Shown piece after piece: positions 1-9,319 of a stretch of DNA of 64,000 nucleotides (positions are counted from its first letter, which is position 1; every line of letters starts with the position of its first letter). This DNA is from Spirochaetota bacterium (GTDB lineage: Bacteria > Spirochaetota > UBA4802 > JAGODF01). Under the pieces are notes generated by a model. It was not told where the DNA came from. It saw nothing but the letters and a program-made list of their open reading frames with translations, and did not search any database. The stretch lies in contig DAIUCD010000001.1 of assembly GCA_036846345.1 (NCBI GenBank), positions 258,723 through 322,722 of the forward strand. The letters are read 5' to 3'. The position numbers and the translations under genes were made by a program.

Positions 1-2
1 AT

Positions 3-920
3 ATGGTTGTAACCATTACCAATGACGGTTTTATCCGAAGGCTGTCCGTGGATATCTTTAAAAAGCAACGCCGGGGTGGCAAGGGTGTCAGCGGTATCAG
101 TATCAAGAAAGAGGACTTTATTAAAATGATGAGCATCTCCTCCACTCACGATACCATGTACCTCTTTTCCAACAAGGGAAAGATCTTTGGTTTGAAAACC
201 TATGAGCTTCCCATGGCAAGCAAGGTTGGTCGGGGAAAATCGATTAAGGGGATCATCAATCTTTCTACAGGAGAGGATATATCCGCCATATGCTCTGTAC
301 CGGATACAGAGACCGATGCCTATATGTGCATGGTAACCCGGGAGGGGATCTTAAAGAAAATCGACATCGGTGAATTCAGGAACGCTAAAAAGGGCGGTAT
401 TATAGCCATAAATTTAAAAAAGGAAGACGAACTGGTAGATGTCAAGCTTGTTGAAAAAAATGATGATATCGTCATAGCAACGAAGATGGGGCTGATTCTT
501 CGAACCAACTTGAGCAAGATGAGATCGATGGGACGAAATGCAGCCGGGATTATTGGTATGCGTCTTGCAAAGAATGATGAGATTATCGGTCTTGATGTAG
601 TAAAGGAAAAATCGAGCTTATTCATGGTTTCCTCGAAGGGCTATGGAAAGAGAATGGAGTATAAGAATTTTCACAACAAAGGCCGAGGCGGTAAAGGGAT
701 GACATATGCCAAGGTCATGGATAAAAACGGTGTTGCGATAGGCATACGTTCGGTTTTCCCTGAGGATGAGATTATCATAGCCTCCAAAGGGGGTATGACT
801 ATACGCCTCAATGCCAAAGACGTTTCCATGCAGGGCCGTGCCACGGTTGGTGTCAGGCTTCTGAATGTTCCTGATGAGGACAGCGTCTCGGATCTTGCGG
901 TTATTTCAGACGAGCAGTAG
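3..920 (+). CDS. gyrA: DNA gyrase subunit A, C-terminal beta-pinwheel domain (5' end truncated by window edge)
   Basis: Repeated GyrA C-terminal blade motifs (GKGVSGI..., GRGGKGM..., GRATVGVR...). The ORF runs from the window edge to the stop at 920. Confidence 0.85.
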   Translation: MVVTITNDGFIRRLSVDIFKKQRRGGKGVSGISIKKEDFIKMMSISSTHDTMYLFSNKGKIFGLKTYELPMASKVGRGKSIKGIINLSTGEDISAICSVPDTETDAYMCMVTREGILKKIDIGEFRNAKKGGIIAINLKKEDELVDVKLVEKNDDIVIATKMGLILRTNLSKMRSMGRNAAGIIGMRLAKNDEIIGLDVVKEKSSLFMVSSKGYGKRMEYKNFHNKGRGGKGMTYAKVMDKNGVAIGIRSVFPEDEIIIASKGGMTIRLNAKDVSMQGRATVGVRLLNVPDEDSVSDLAVISDEQ

Positions 921-998
921 AAAAACTCTGCAATACTTTTAATTGTTTAAGGGAATGATTGTTAAGCTAGTTGTCTGTAAAGAAATTGTCAGACCTTA

Positions 999-1026
999 TT
1001 GAACGATTGTGAACTGAATGTAAAAT
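999..1026 (+). promoter_or_regulatory. sigma70-like promoter (TTGAAC-16 nt-TAAAAT) upstream of the HMGL/Cache gene
   Basis: TTGAAC at 999-1004 and TAAAAT at 1021-1026 with a 16-nt spacer. The downstream gene has an AAAGGAG RBS 6-7 nt before the ATG at 1101. Confidence 0.4.
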
Positions 1027-1100
1027 TATTTCAAAACCTGCGAGTTTTGGTGATAAAATCTATTCATTAATAAGGAAGGTGATATGAAAGGAGATGGGTC

Positions 1101-2951
1101 ATGAGATTTAAGCATAAGCGAGGTATCAGGATGCTTACGGAAATGAATGATGTGCTGGATTTTGCTACTCTGAATAAGGAATATGAGATTGAAAACACGG
1201 AAAAGCCCAACCTGTATAGAGAGATTTTTCCCTACGAAAAAATAAGCCGTGTTCCCTTCGATAATAAGTTTATTCCCATCATGCCTTCTGCGAAGTTTCG
1301 TCTTTCTGACACCACCTTTAGAGATGGACAACAGGCACGACCACCCTATACAGTAGAACAGATCAGTAAAATATTCGATTACCTTCACCGGTTGTCAGGT
1401 CCCAACGGACTCATCACCCATTCGGAGTTCTTCCTCTATACAGCCAAGGATCGGGAGGCCGTAGAAGTCTGCAGAAAAAAGGGATACAGGTTTCCCTATA
1501 TAACTGGGTGGATCAGGGCCAACAAGAAGGATTTTTCCCTGGTTAAAGAGATGGAACTGGAGGAAACGGGCATTCTTGCATCAGTTTCCGATTATCATAT
1601 ATATCTCAAACTGAATAAAAACAGAAAGGAGGCGGCGGAGGATTATCTGGCAATAGTCGACACATCCCTTGAGAACGGAATTATCCCTCGATTGCACTTT
1701 GAGGATATAACAAGGAGCGATATCTATGGTTTTGTGGTTCCTTTCGTTCAGAAGCTCGTTCGGCGGATGGAGGAGACTAAAATACCCATCAAGGTGAGGC
1801 TTTGTGATACGATGGGATATGGCGTTACTTATCCGATGGCCGCTCTTCCCCGATCTGTACCGAGATTGATTCGGGCTGTTATAGATGACGGGGGAATGCC
1901 GGGCGAGAACCTGGAATGGCACGGGCACAATGATTTCTACAGGGGATTTACCAATGCGACCTATGCCTGGCTTTATGGCTGTGATACAGTTAATGCAACA
2001 TTCCTTGGGTTCGGGGAGAGAACGGGGAATACTCCCCTGGAGGCGATGGTTATCGAATATATTTCACTCACCGGGGATGATGATGGCATCGATACCGCAG
2101 CCATTACGGATATGGCGCATTATTTTGAATCTATCGGGTTTTCTATTCCGGAAAATCTGCCCTTTGTCGGTGCTGACTTTAATGTGACCAGGGCGGGAAT
2201 CCATGTCGATGGGCTTCTTAAGAACGAGGAGATATATAACATATTCAATACGGAAAAAATTCTCAATAAACCGCTGGGTATCGGGATTACTGACAAATCG
2301 GGAGTGGCGGGAGTTTCCAAATGGGTCAACAGTCATCTGGGGTTGACCGGGGATTATGCTATCGACAAAAAAGATCCCGGGATCACACGGATGCATACAC
2401 GGATCATGAAGGAGTACGAAAATGGTCGTGTGACCGCCATGTCCAATGAAGAGCTGGAAATGTACGCCCGGAAATTTCTGCCCCTCTACTTTATTTCGGA
2501 TTTCGACAAGATCAAGATGCGGGAGCAGAAGCAAGCCGTTTCACTGCTCATCAAATACTTGAACCATGAAGACATCAAATCGATGAATCCTGAAAAACAG
2601 GAAGTTGTTCTGGGAGAACTTGTAGAGAACGATCCATATATCTGTTTTGCTTATGTTGTGGATTCCACGGGAAAGAAGATTACGAGGCATATTACACAGA
2701 TTACGGATAAATCGAAATACGATAAGGGATTAATCGCTACGGATTATTCCGATAGGGATTGGTTCATCAATGTCATGCAGACTGGTAAGACTTATGTCTC
2801 GGATATATTCGTGTCTAAAATTACAGGCAAACTTTCCCTTACAGTCTCCGGGCCTGTCGTGGATTCCGGGGACCGTATCGTGGGTGTATTGGGTTTGGAT
2901 ATACGTTTTGAAGATCTTGCCAAGATTGAGGATGATGAAGATGTCATTTGA
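1101..2951 (+). CDS. DRE-TIM metallolyase (HMGL-like; isopropylmalate/citramalate/homocitrate synthase superfamily) fused to a C-terminal Cache/PAS-like ligand-binding domain
   Basis: DRE-TIM motifs LSDTTFRDGQQ and EWHGHNDF. The last ~130 aa carry Cache signatures (DYSDRDWF; SDIFVSKITGKLSLTVSGPV). A strong RBS precedes the start. No TM segment or signal peptide is visible. Confidence 0.7.
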   Translation: MRFKHKRGIRMLTEMNDVLDFATLNKEYEIENTEKPNLYREIFPYEKISRVPFDNKFIPIMPSAKFRLSDTTFRDGQQARPPYTVEQISKIFDYLHRLSGPNGLITHSEFFLYTAKDREAVEVCRKKGYRFPYITGWIRANKKDFSLVKEMELEETGILASVSDYHIYLKLNKNRKEAAEDYLAIVDTSLENGIIPRLHFEDITRSDIYGFVVPFVQKLVRRMEETKIPIKVRLCDTMGYGVTYPMAALPRSVPRLIRAVIDDGGMPGENLEWHGHNDFYRGFTNATYAWLYGCDTVNATFLGFGERTGNTPLEAMVIEYISLTGDDDGIDTAAITDMAHYFESIGFSIPENLPFVGADFNVTRAGIHVDGLLKNEEIYNIFNTEKILNKPLGIGITDKSGVAGVSKWVNSHLGLTGDYAIDKKDPGITRMHTRIMKEYENGRVTAMSNEELEMYARKFLPLYFISDFDKIKMREQKQAVSLLIKYLNHEDIKSMNPEKQEVVLGELVENDPYICFAYVVDSTGKKITRHITQITDKSKYDKGLIATDYSDRDWFINVMQTGKTYVSDIFVSKITGKLSLTVSGPVVDSGDRIVGVLGLDIRFEDLAKIEDDEDVI

Positions 2952-2954
2952 ATC

Positions 2955-3560
2955 ATGAACATCAGGCCGGAAAAGACCATAGAAAGAATGAAATCGGGGT
3001 GTCTCGTGAAAATTGTGGCACTGGGGGATTCATTGACCCAGGGCTGGATGGTCAGTAAGGGATATCTGGATTTCCTCTATGAAATGTTGAAGACTAGATA
3101 TCCTGAGAGCAGGTTAACTATCCTGAACCGGGGTGTTCCTGGGGATACTGCGGAGGGGGGTCTCTACCGTCTTCGAGAGGATGTACTTGACTGCGATCCG
3201 GATTGTGTATTGGTACAGTTTGCTCTCAATGATGGTTTCATGGGAATCCCTCCGCAGGTTTTTCAAAACCAATTGGGGACCATAATTGATCATGTACAAA
3301 ACGATACAGAAGCGGATATAGTTTTGCTTACCTCGGTTTTTCTGGATGATAATCGGGAAAATGAAATGGCTATGAAATATTATCAGAAAATTCAAGATCT
3401 GGCTAGGAAGAATCATCTGCCCATGGCAAGGGTTCATGAATACTGGAAAACAAAGATTGCGGAGGGTGCGGAGTTCAGCAATCTGGTTCAGTATGACAGG
3501 GTTCACCCTACGGTCGAGGGATATCGCCTGATGGCGGAAGCGGTTATGGAGGTTTTTTAG
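2955..3560 (+). CDS. SGNH/GDSL-family hydrolase
   Basis: GDS(L) block VALGDSLTQGW near the N-terminus, plus a downstream DG and a C-terminal H block. The start codon is uncertain; an alternative ATG lies at 2988. Confidence 0.7.
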   Translation: MNIRPEKTIERMKSGCLVKIVALGDSLTQGWMVSKGYLDFLYEMLKTRYPESRLTILNRGVPGDTAEGGLYRLREDVLDCDPDCVLVQFALNDGFMGIPPQVFQNQLGTIIDHVQNDTEADIVLLTSVFLDDNRENEMAMKYYQKIQDLARKNHLPMARVHEYWKTKIAEGAEFSNLVQYDRVHPTVEGYRLMAEAVMEVF

Positions 3561-4843
3561 AGGCGTTCCTCTTTTTGATAAACGAGTTTTCCGTTGCAGA
3601 TAGTGTACTCGACAGATCCCGTCAACTCCCTCCCCATGAAGGGGGTGTTCTTGCAGCGGGAGATGATAAAGTCCTCATTGATTGTGATCTTCTTCTCAGG
3701 ATCGATGACTGTAATATCCGCAGCTCCTCCTTCTTTTAAACGGCCTTTGTCAATTTTTAATATTCCCGCAGGATTGACTGTTACGGGTTTAAAAGCCTGC
3801 AGCGGGGTGAAATCATACTGGTTGATCAGTATGGAAATGATGAGCGGGACCGCTGTTTCCAGTCCTATAATACCGAAAGGTGCGTATTCAATTTCCTGCA
3901 TCTTTTCATTACGCAGATGAGGAGCGTGGTCTGTAGCGATGACATCGATGGTTCCGTTCCTGAGTCCTTCGATGATAGCCAGTCTGTCCTGCTCGGTTCT
4001 CAGCGGGGGATTCATCTTGGCCATTGACATGTGTTCCTCAATACAGTCATCTGTGAGAGAGAAATAATGGGGAGCGGTTTCACAGGTTACCTGAATCCCC
4101 TCCTCCTTTGCACGGCGGATGATCTCGACAGAGCCGCCTGAAGAGACGTGAGCGACATGGAGTCTTCCACGGGTCATCCTGGCAAGGATGACGTCTCTTG
4201 CGATCATGATCTCTTCTGATTCCCGAGGGCTTCCCTTTAGTCCAAGCCGGATGGAGTTTTTGCCTTCGTTGATGATTCCCTCATCCGTAAGGAGAAGATC
4301 CTCGGAATGAGTGATGATGGGGGCATCAAACATGCGTGCGTATTCCAATGCACGCCTCATGAGAATGGAACTCATGACAGGCCTGCCGTCATCGGAAAAA
4401 CCTACTGCACCCCCTTTGACCAATTCCCCCATTTCGGAGATTTCTTCGCCCCGGGCGCCCTTGGTGATGGTTGCGATAGGGAATACGTTGATCGGACCCT
4501 TTTCTGCTTCGAGACGGATGAAGCGTACAAGGGCCTGATTGTCTATGACAGGATTCGTGTTGGGCATGGTACATACGGATGTAAATCCGCTTTTTGCGGC
4601 GACAGTGGAACCGCCAATAATGGTTTCCTGATCCTCCCTTCCGGGTTCGCGGAAGTGAACATGCATATCGATGAGGCCCGGCAGGACAAGACATCCCCGA
4701 GCATCGATGATAAGGGCGTCTTCAGGAGCGCTGATATTACTGCCGATTCGTGCAATGGTTCCCGACTCGATAAGTACATCAGCTACCTCATCAAAATTGG
4801 AGGATGGGTCCAGCACCCTCCCCTTCTGTATTAAAAGTTTCAT
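3557..4843 (-). CDS. pyrC: dihydroorotase (class I / multifunctional-complex type)
   Basis: PGLIDMHVHFREPG metal-binding motif and amidohydrolase fold, 428 aa. Sits directly downstream of pyrB on the same strand. Confidence 0.9.
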   Translation of the reverse strand: MKLLIQKGRVLDPSSNFDEVADVLIESGTIARIGSNISAPEDALIIDARGCLVLPGLIDMHVHFREPGREDQETIIGGSTVAAKSGFTSVCTMPNTNPVIDNQALVRFIRLEAEKGPINVFPIATITKGARGEEISEMGELVKGGAVGFSDDGRPVMSSILMRRALEYARMFDAPIITHSEDLLLTDEGIINEGKNSIRLGLKGSPRESEEIMIARDVILARMTRGRLHVAHVSSGGSVEIIRRAKEEGIQVTCETAPHYFSLTDDCIEEHMSMAKMNPPLRTEQDRLAIIEGLRNGTIDVIATDHAPHLRNEKMQEIEYAPFGIIGLETAVPLIISILINQYDFTPLQAFKPVTVNPAGILKIDKGRLKEGGAADITVIDPEKKITINEDFIISRCKNTPFMGRELTGSVEYTICNGKLVYQKEERL

Positions 4844-4846
4844 CGT

Positions 4847-5818
4847 TTAGTCCTTGTCGATTCCTTCGAGTGGTGTTCCCCCGGCTAAAAGGTAAAAAAT
4901 GGACATACGAACAGCAATTCCGTTGGTCACCTGCTCATTGATAATAGAGTTAGGGCTGTCCGCAACGTCATTGTCGATTTCAATGCCACGGTTGATTGGT
5001 CCCGGGTGCATCACAATGATATCCTTTTTACATTTTTTAAGCCTGTCGGTTGTAAGGGCGTATTGGCGATGATATTCCCTGATTGAAGGAAAGAGGGAGC
5101 CCTTCTGACGCTCTTTCTGTATGCGCAACATCTGGATCACATCCAGTTGGGGAAGGAGCTCATCAAGGTTATAATGTATATTCACATCATAGATCTTGAA
5201 TTCATCGGGAACGAGGGTGGGGGGTCCGCACAGGTGAACCCGGGCGCCCATCCGTTTGAATACTTCAATATCAGACCTGGCTACCCGGGAATGCTTGATA
5301 TCGCCCACAATCCCAACATTGAGTCCTTCGAGGGTTTCCCGTTTCTCCAGAATGGAGTAAGCATCCAGCAGGGCTTGGGTCGGATGGGCGTGAAATCCGT
5401 CACCGCCGTTAATAACTGAGGCCTTGATGTTCTTGGATAAAAAATGCGGTGCCAGGGACACCGCATGACGCATCACAATGTAGTCGGCTTTCATGGCCTC
5501 AAGGGTATGTACCGTATCGATGAGCGATTCCCCCTTTACCACGCTTGATGTGGCCACGGAGATATTTATCAGATCGGCTGAAAGTCTTTTGGCAGCCAGT
5601 TCAAAACTGAGTCGCGTCCGTGTAGAGGGCTCGTAGAAAAGACAACAGACCGTTTTTCCTCTGAGAACGGGAACGGTTTTAATGGATCGAGTGAAGAGGT
5701 CTTTGAAGTAACGGGCGGAATCACAAATAAGTTGAATTTCCTCTGTCGTGAGGGACTCAATATCCAGTAAATCTTTTGATCGCAATCCGCTCATGGTCTT
5801 AATGATCATAGGAAACAC
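4847..5818 (-). CDS. pyrB: aspartate carbamoyltransferase catalytic subunit
   Basis: STRTRLSFE carbamoyl-phosphate motif and HPTQALLD aspartate-binding motif. The long ORF begins with GTG at 5818; an internal ATG at 5794 is the more likely true start (see promoter feature). Confidence 0.9.
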   Translation of the reverse strand: MFPMIIKTMSGLRSKDLLDIESLTTEEIQLICDSARYFKDLFTRSIKTVPVLRGKTVCCLFYEPSTRTRLSFELAAKRLSADLINISVATSSVVKGESLIDTVHTLEAMKADYIVMRHAVSLAPHFLSKNIKASVINGGDGFHAHPTQALLDAYSILEKRETLEGLNVGIVGDIKHSRVARSDIEVFKRMGARVHLCGPPTLVPDEFKIYDVNIHYNLDELLPQLDVIQMLRIQKERQKGSLFPSIREYHRQYALTTDRLKKCKKDIIVMHPGPINRGIEIDNDVADSPNSIINEQVTNGIAVRMSIFYLLAGGTPLEGIDKD

Positions 5819-5834
5819 TAAATATATATGTCAA
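5805..5834 (-). promoter_or_regulatory. near-consensus sigma70 promoter (TTGACA-18-TATGAT) inside the annotated 5' end of pyrB
   Basis: Minus strand: TTGACA at 5834-5829 and TATGAT at 5810-5805. The predicted transcription start is about 3-5 nt upstream of the ATG at 5794. None of the three candidate start codons has a Shine-Dalgarno sequence. Confidence 0.4.
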
Positions 5835-5862
5835 ACCAAATATTGCCAGAGAGACATAAAAT

Positions 5863-8800
5863 CTAAACGGTTGACCGCAGGGCATTTGCATTGTCCTGCA
5901 GTACTTTCCGGATTTTTCCCTGGGGAAGGGGAATATGATTGAGATAAAATCCCTGAATCTCGTCGCATCCTATCTTTTGAAGAATTTCAAACTGCCCCTT
6001 GGTCTGAACCCCTTCAGCAACAACCTTTAAACGGTTGGGTTTGAACCCATGAACCATGTTTATAATATTTTTGACCAGGGTAACATAATTTGTATCTATC
6101 TCGAGATGCTGAATAAAGGATTTGTCCAGCTTAACAGTATTGATGATGTCCGGCAGGGCGGGCAATTTGGCGAGGGCCGAGTATTCCGTTCCAAAATCAT
6201 CGATAGCCAGATGGCATCCCAAACCCTTAATCTGATTGAGTATGGTGATGCTTTCGTCTTTAACGACCTCCCGCTCAATAATCTCCAGCTCAAGCAGATG
6301 CGGAGGAATGCCGGTTTTTTCCAGAAGGACCTTCAGCGAACTGAGCAGTGTTTCATTCAGGTGACGCGGGGAGATGTTAACGGATAATTGAAGATCCGGA
6401 GTGATTTTATGCCACAGTTTCAGCTGATGACAGGCCCTTCGCAGTATTTCATCCTCAATGAGCTGTATCATGCCGGTCTCCTCAGAGATGGTTATGAAGG
6501 AGGAGGGCGGAAGAAGGCCTCTTTGGGGATGCATCCAGCGCATGAGGGCTTCGAGACCTACGATGCGGCCTTGCATGTTGATACGGGGCTGATAGAATAT
6601 TTTGAATGCCTTGGATATGGCCAGTTTTCCCGTTGCCAAGCGTAAATCCTTTTCAAGGTCCAGTTTTTCAATGAGTTCCCTGTGAAGCCTCTCATCGTAA
6701 AACATATAGGGCTTACGGTTGTCTCTGGCGGTTTTAGCCGCCTGGCGACTCGTGGACAGCACCTTGGAGGGATTGCCCGGCTTGCTCGACTTATAGTCCG
6801 TGGGATAGATGGAGAGTCCAATACTCACATCCAGTTTTGTCTGGCCCCTGAAGTCCCGGGAGAAGTGTTTGATGGCTTTGTTGACGATTTTAATCGCTTC
6901 ATCTTCAACCTTCTGATATGTCTGAAGGGGTAGAAGAACCGTAAATTCACACTCATCGGTTCGGGCAATGGAATCCCGCTTGAAGAATATATCCGAGAGA
7001 CTGTCTGCAATGTCCTGTATCAAAATGTTCACCATGTCATTTCCGAAACCGGGATTACGATGTCTTATCTTGTCGAGTTCTTCTCTCGAAAGATCAATAG
7101 TCATGACGGCGAAAAACTTGTCGGATTTCTCAGTAGCAAGGATTTCCTCAGAGAGCTTTCTTTCAAATCCCTTCAAATTGAGGAGGTTGGTGAATTCGTC
7201 ATGAAGTTCAAGAAATTCCGAACGTTTTCGTTCTGATATGTCCCTTATGTTAAAGACGGCACCGACGATCTCGTTATTCCAGCTTGTAACGTTTCCAGTT
7301 ACCTCGACCCATATAAAGGATTTATTGGCGTGACGAACTCTCAGTTCCAGGGGTACAGGATCCTGCTTCTCAATCAGGACCTGTTTGATTACAGAGTTGA
7401 TAGTCTCTACATCATCGGCATGAACAAATTCAAAAAGGGAATGCCCTACGACTTCAGAGACCTCATATCCGGTCATGCGTCGGGGAGTGCTGATGTATTC
7501 GATGATTCCCTTCCTATCGATCTGACAGATGATATCCACCATGTTGCGGGTTATCTGCTCAAAACGTCTTTGGCTTTCCTTCAGCAGAGACAAGTCGCGA
7601 ACAGCAAGAACGGTCATCTCGTCCCCCTGGAATATTATCGTATCACAACGCAGTTCCACAGGCAGAATATGACCGTCGTTATTGATCAGGTCGACTTCAA
7701 AGGGGTGTTGGTATCGATTGAGTGTGTTTTTCAGATAAATGTCATGGTGTTCCAGGGTGATGTATTCGAGAAGATTTTTTCCAATTACCTGCAGGGGGTT
7801 GTATCCGCTCATGCGAAAAAAAGCCTGATTGGCGATGATAATCCCGTTGGCATCGTGGATGATGATTCCGTCGAAGGTGGCGTCTGCCAGCAGGCGAAAA
7901 CGGCTTTCGCTTTCAGATAAAGCCATTTCAGCCCTTTTCCGGATTGTTGTGTTGCGGCATACTATATGGTAACCGGATATGTCCTTTCCAGAAAAGGTGA
8001 TCTGGACATTTTGCTCAATCCAGATCTCGTCACCATCCTTTGTTAGTATTGGGAATTCCATATAGGTACTGGGTATTCTTTTTTGATTCTGATTTCTATA
8101 AAACTGAAAAACTGTTTTTTTGTAATCCTCCCTGACAAAATCCAGATAGCTTTTACCGACAAGATCAGTTTCAGAATATCCGGTGGTTTTATAGGCGGCC
8201 GGGTTACAATAGATAATATTACCCTTCAAATCCAGAGTGTATATAATGTCACTGGTTGAATTGACGATTTGTTCGTATTTCTTCTTATTGAATTTGAGTT
8301 CCTCTTCGAAGGCCTTCTTTTCGGTTATATCCAGCATGGCAGACATAACAATGTTTCGATTGCTTACCCGTACTGATTTGGAATACAGGGAGACCCATCT
8401 CAACTCACCTGATTTGGTGATTATCCTGAAGTCATAATTGGGGATTGCGTGAACACAATCGCCACTCATCTTTATCAGGGCCTGTCTTTCCACGAAGGGT
8501 CTGTCGTCAGGATGAACCAGATTGAGGAAACCGTTGATTTCCCAGAGCAGTATTTCTTCCCGGGAATATCCGGTTAACTGCAATATGAGATCATTGGCAT
8601 ATCCTATCTTCCCATCCTCAATGGTGTATATTCCCAGGATGGACTGATCTGTCAGGGCCCGGAATTTTTCCTCATTGTCCCGCAGGATGGTTTCAATCTT
8701 CTTTTTCTCGGTAATATCTCTGACGATAACCACTCTTCCTCTCTCAGTACCGGCTATGGGGCCCCCCAGTAGTTCAAGGTAGAGAGTCTCTCCGTCTCCA

Positions 8801-9069
8801 CGTCGGGTTCGAATCTCGTAGGGTGCGGGAAAATTATTTTGAATATTAAATTCAATTAATTCTCTATCATTTTTGTCAACGAATTCGGAGAAATGGCGTC
8901 CTATAATCTCTGATGGGGAGATGCCGATTATGCGGGAAAGCTGATCATTGACTTCACGGATGATTCCGTTGCAATGGACCAGGTATCCGTCCTTCATGCT
9001 GTTGATGACCTTATGGTAGTACTCCAGTTTTTGCTGGAGCTCCTTTGATGCGGTTGAATCATCCGTCAT
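5863..9069 (-). CDS. multi-PAS sensor protein with a degenerate GGDEF domain and an intact EAL phosphodiesterase domain
   Basis: Several PAS/PAC blocks, each preceded by a TEKK/ERK linker. The GGDEF motif is replaced by TDECEF. EAL motifs are intact: GLEALMRW, LELEIIEREV, DDFGTEYS, AEGVQT. Confidence 0.85.
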   Translation of the reverse strand: MTDDSTASKELQQKLEYYHKVINSMKDGYLVHCNGIIREVNDQLSRIIGISPSEIIGRHFSEFVDKNDRELIEFNIQNNFPAPYEIRTRRGDGETLYLELLGGPIAGTERGRVVIVRDITEKKKIETILRDNEEKFRALTDQSILGIYTIEDGKIGYANDLILQLTGYSREEILLWEINGFLNLVHPDDRPFVERQALIKMSGDCVHAIPNYDFRIITKSGELRWVSLYSKSVRVSNRNIVMSAMLDITEKKAFEEELKFNKKKYEQIVNSTSDIIYTLDLKGNIIYCNPAAYKTTGYSETDLVGKSYLDFVREDYKKTVFQFYRNQNQKRIPSTYMEFPILTKDGDEIWIEQNVQITFSGKDISGYHIVCRNTTIRKRAEMALSESESRFRLLADATFDGIIIHDANGIIIANQAFFRMSGYNPLQVIGKNLLEYITLEHHDIYLKNTLNRYQHPFEVDLINNDGHILPVELRCDTIIFQGDEMTVLAVRDLSLLKESQRRFEQITRNMVDIICQIDRKGIIEYISTPRRMTGYEVSEVVGHSLFEFVHADDVETINSVIKQVLIEKQDPVPLELRVRHANKSFIWVEVTGNVTSWNNEIVGAVFNIRDISERKRSEFLELHDEFTNLLNLKGFERKLSEEILATEKSDKFFAVMTIDLSREELDKIRHRNPGFGNDMVNILIQDIADSLSDIFFKRDSIARTDECEFTVLLPLQTYQKVEDEAIKIVNKAIKHFSRDFRGQTKLDVSIGLSIYPTDYKSSKPGNPSKVLSTSRQAAKTARDNRKPYMFYDERLHRELIEKLDLEKDLRLATGKLAISKAFKIFYQPRINMQGRIVGLEALMRWMHPQRGLLPPSSFITISEETGMIQLIEDEILRRACHQLKLWHKITPDLQLSVNISPRHLNETLLSSLKVLLEKTGIPPHLLELEIIEREVVKDESITILNQIKGLGCHLAIDDFGTEYSALAKLPALPDIINTVKLDKSFIQHLEIDTNYVTLVKNIINMVHGFKPNRLKVVAEGVQTKGQFEILQKIGCDEIQGFYLNHIPLPQGKIRKVLQDNANALRSTV

Positions 9070-9319
9070 TATTGCCTCCCAGTTAACCGATCAGATGATG
9101 ATCTTAAGCGCATAGAAGAGAGAATGAGAACATATGAAAGAGTTGTTAATATTTGCCGCGAGTACATTCGACGGTAAACCCGAGAATGTGATATAGTCGC
9201 AACTGCAATAGCACCGAAATGCATCACGTCTATCCTTTAAAAACACCCCTGACAATAAAGATAGGGAGGCTGTTTTTGTAAAGCAGCTATTTGAGTATGA
9301 TGATAAAAATATTCGGTGA

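Noticed and set aside
6049-7920. Several plus-strand ORFs (112, 85, 83, 78 and 196 aa) inside the PAS-GGDEF-EAL gene
   Set aside because: They are antisense to a 1068-aa gene with continuous domain architecture. They have no motifs and no RBS, so they are shadow ORFs.
8805-8830. tRNA-like motif GGGTTCGAATC
   Set aside because: It lies inside the PAS-GGDEF-EAL coding sequence. No acceptor stem or anticodon-arm complementarity can be built around it.
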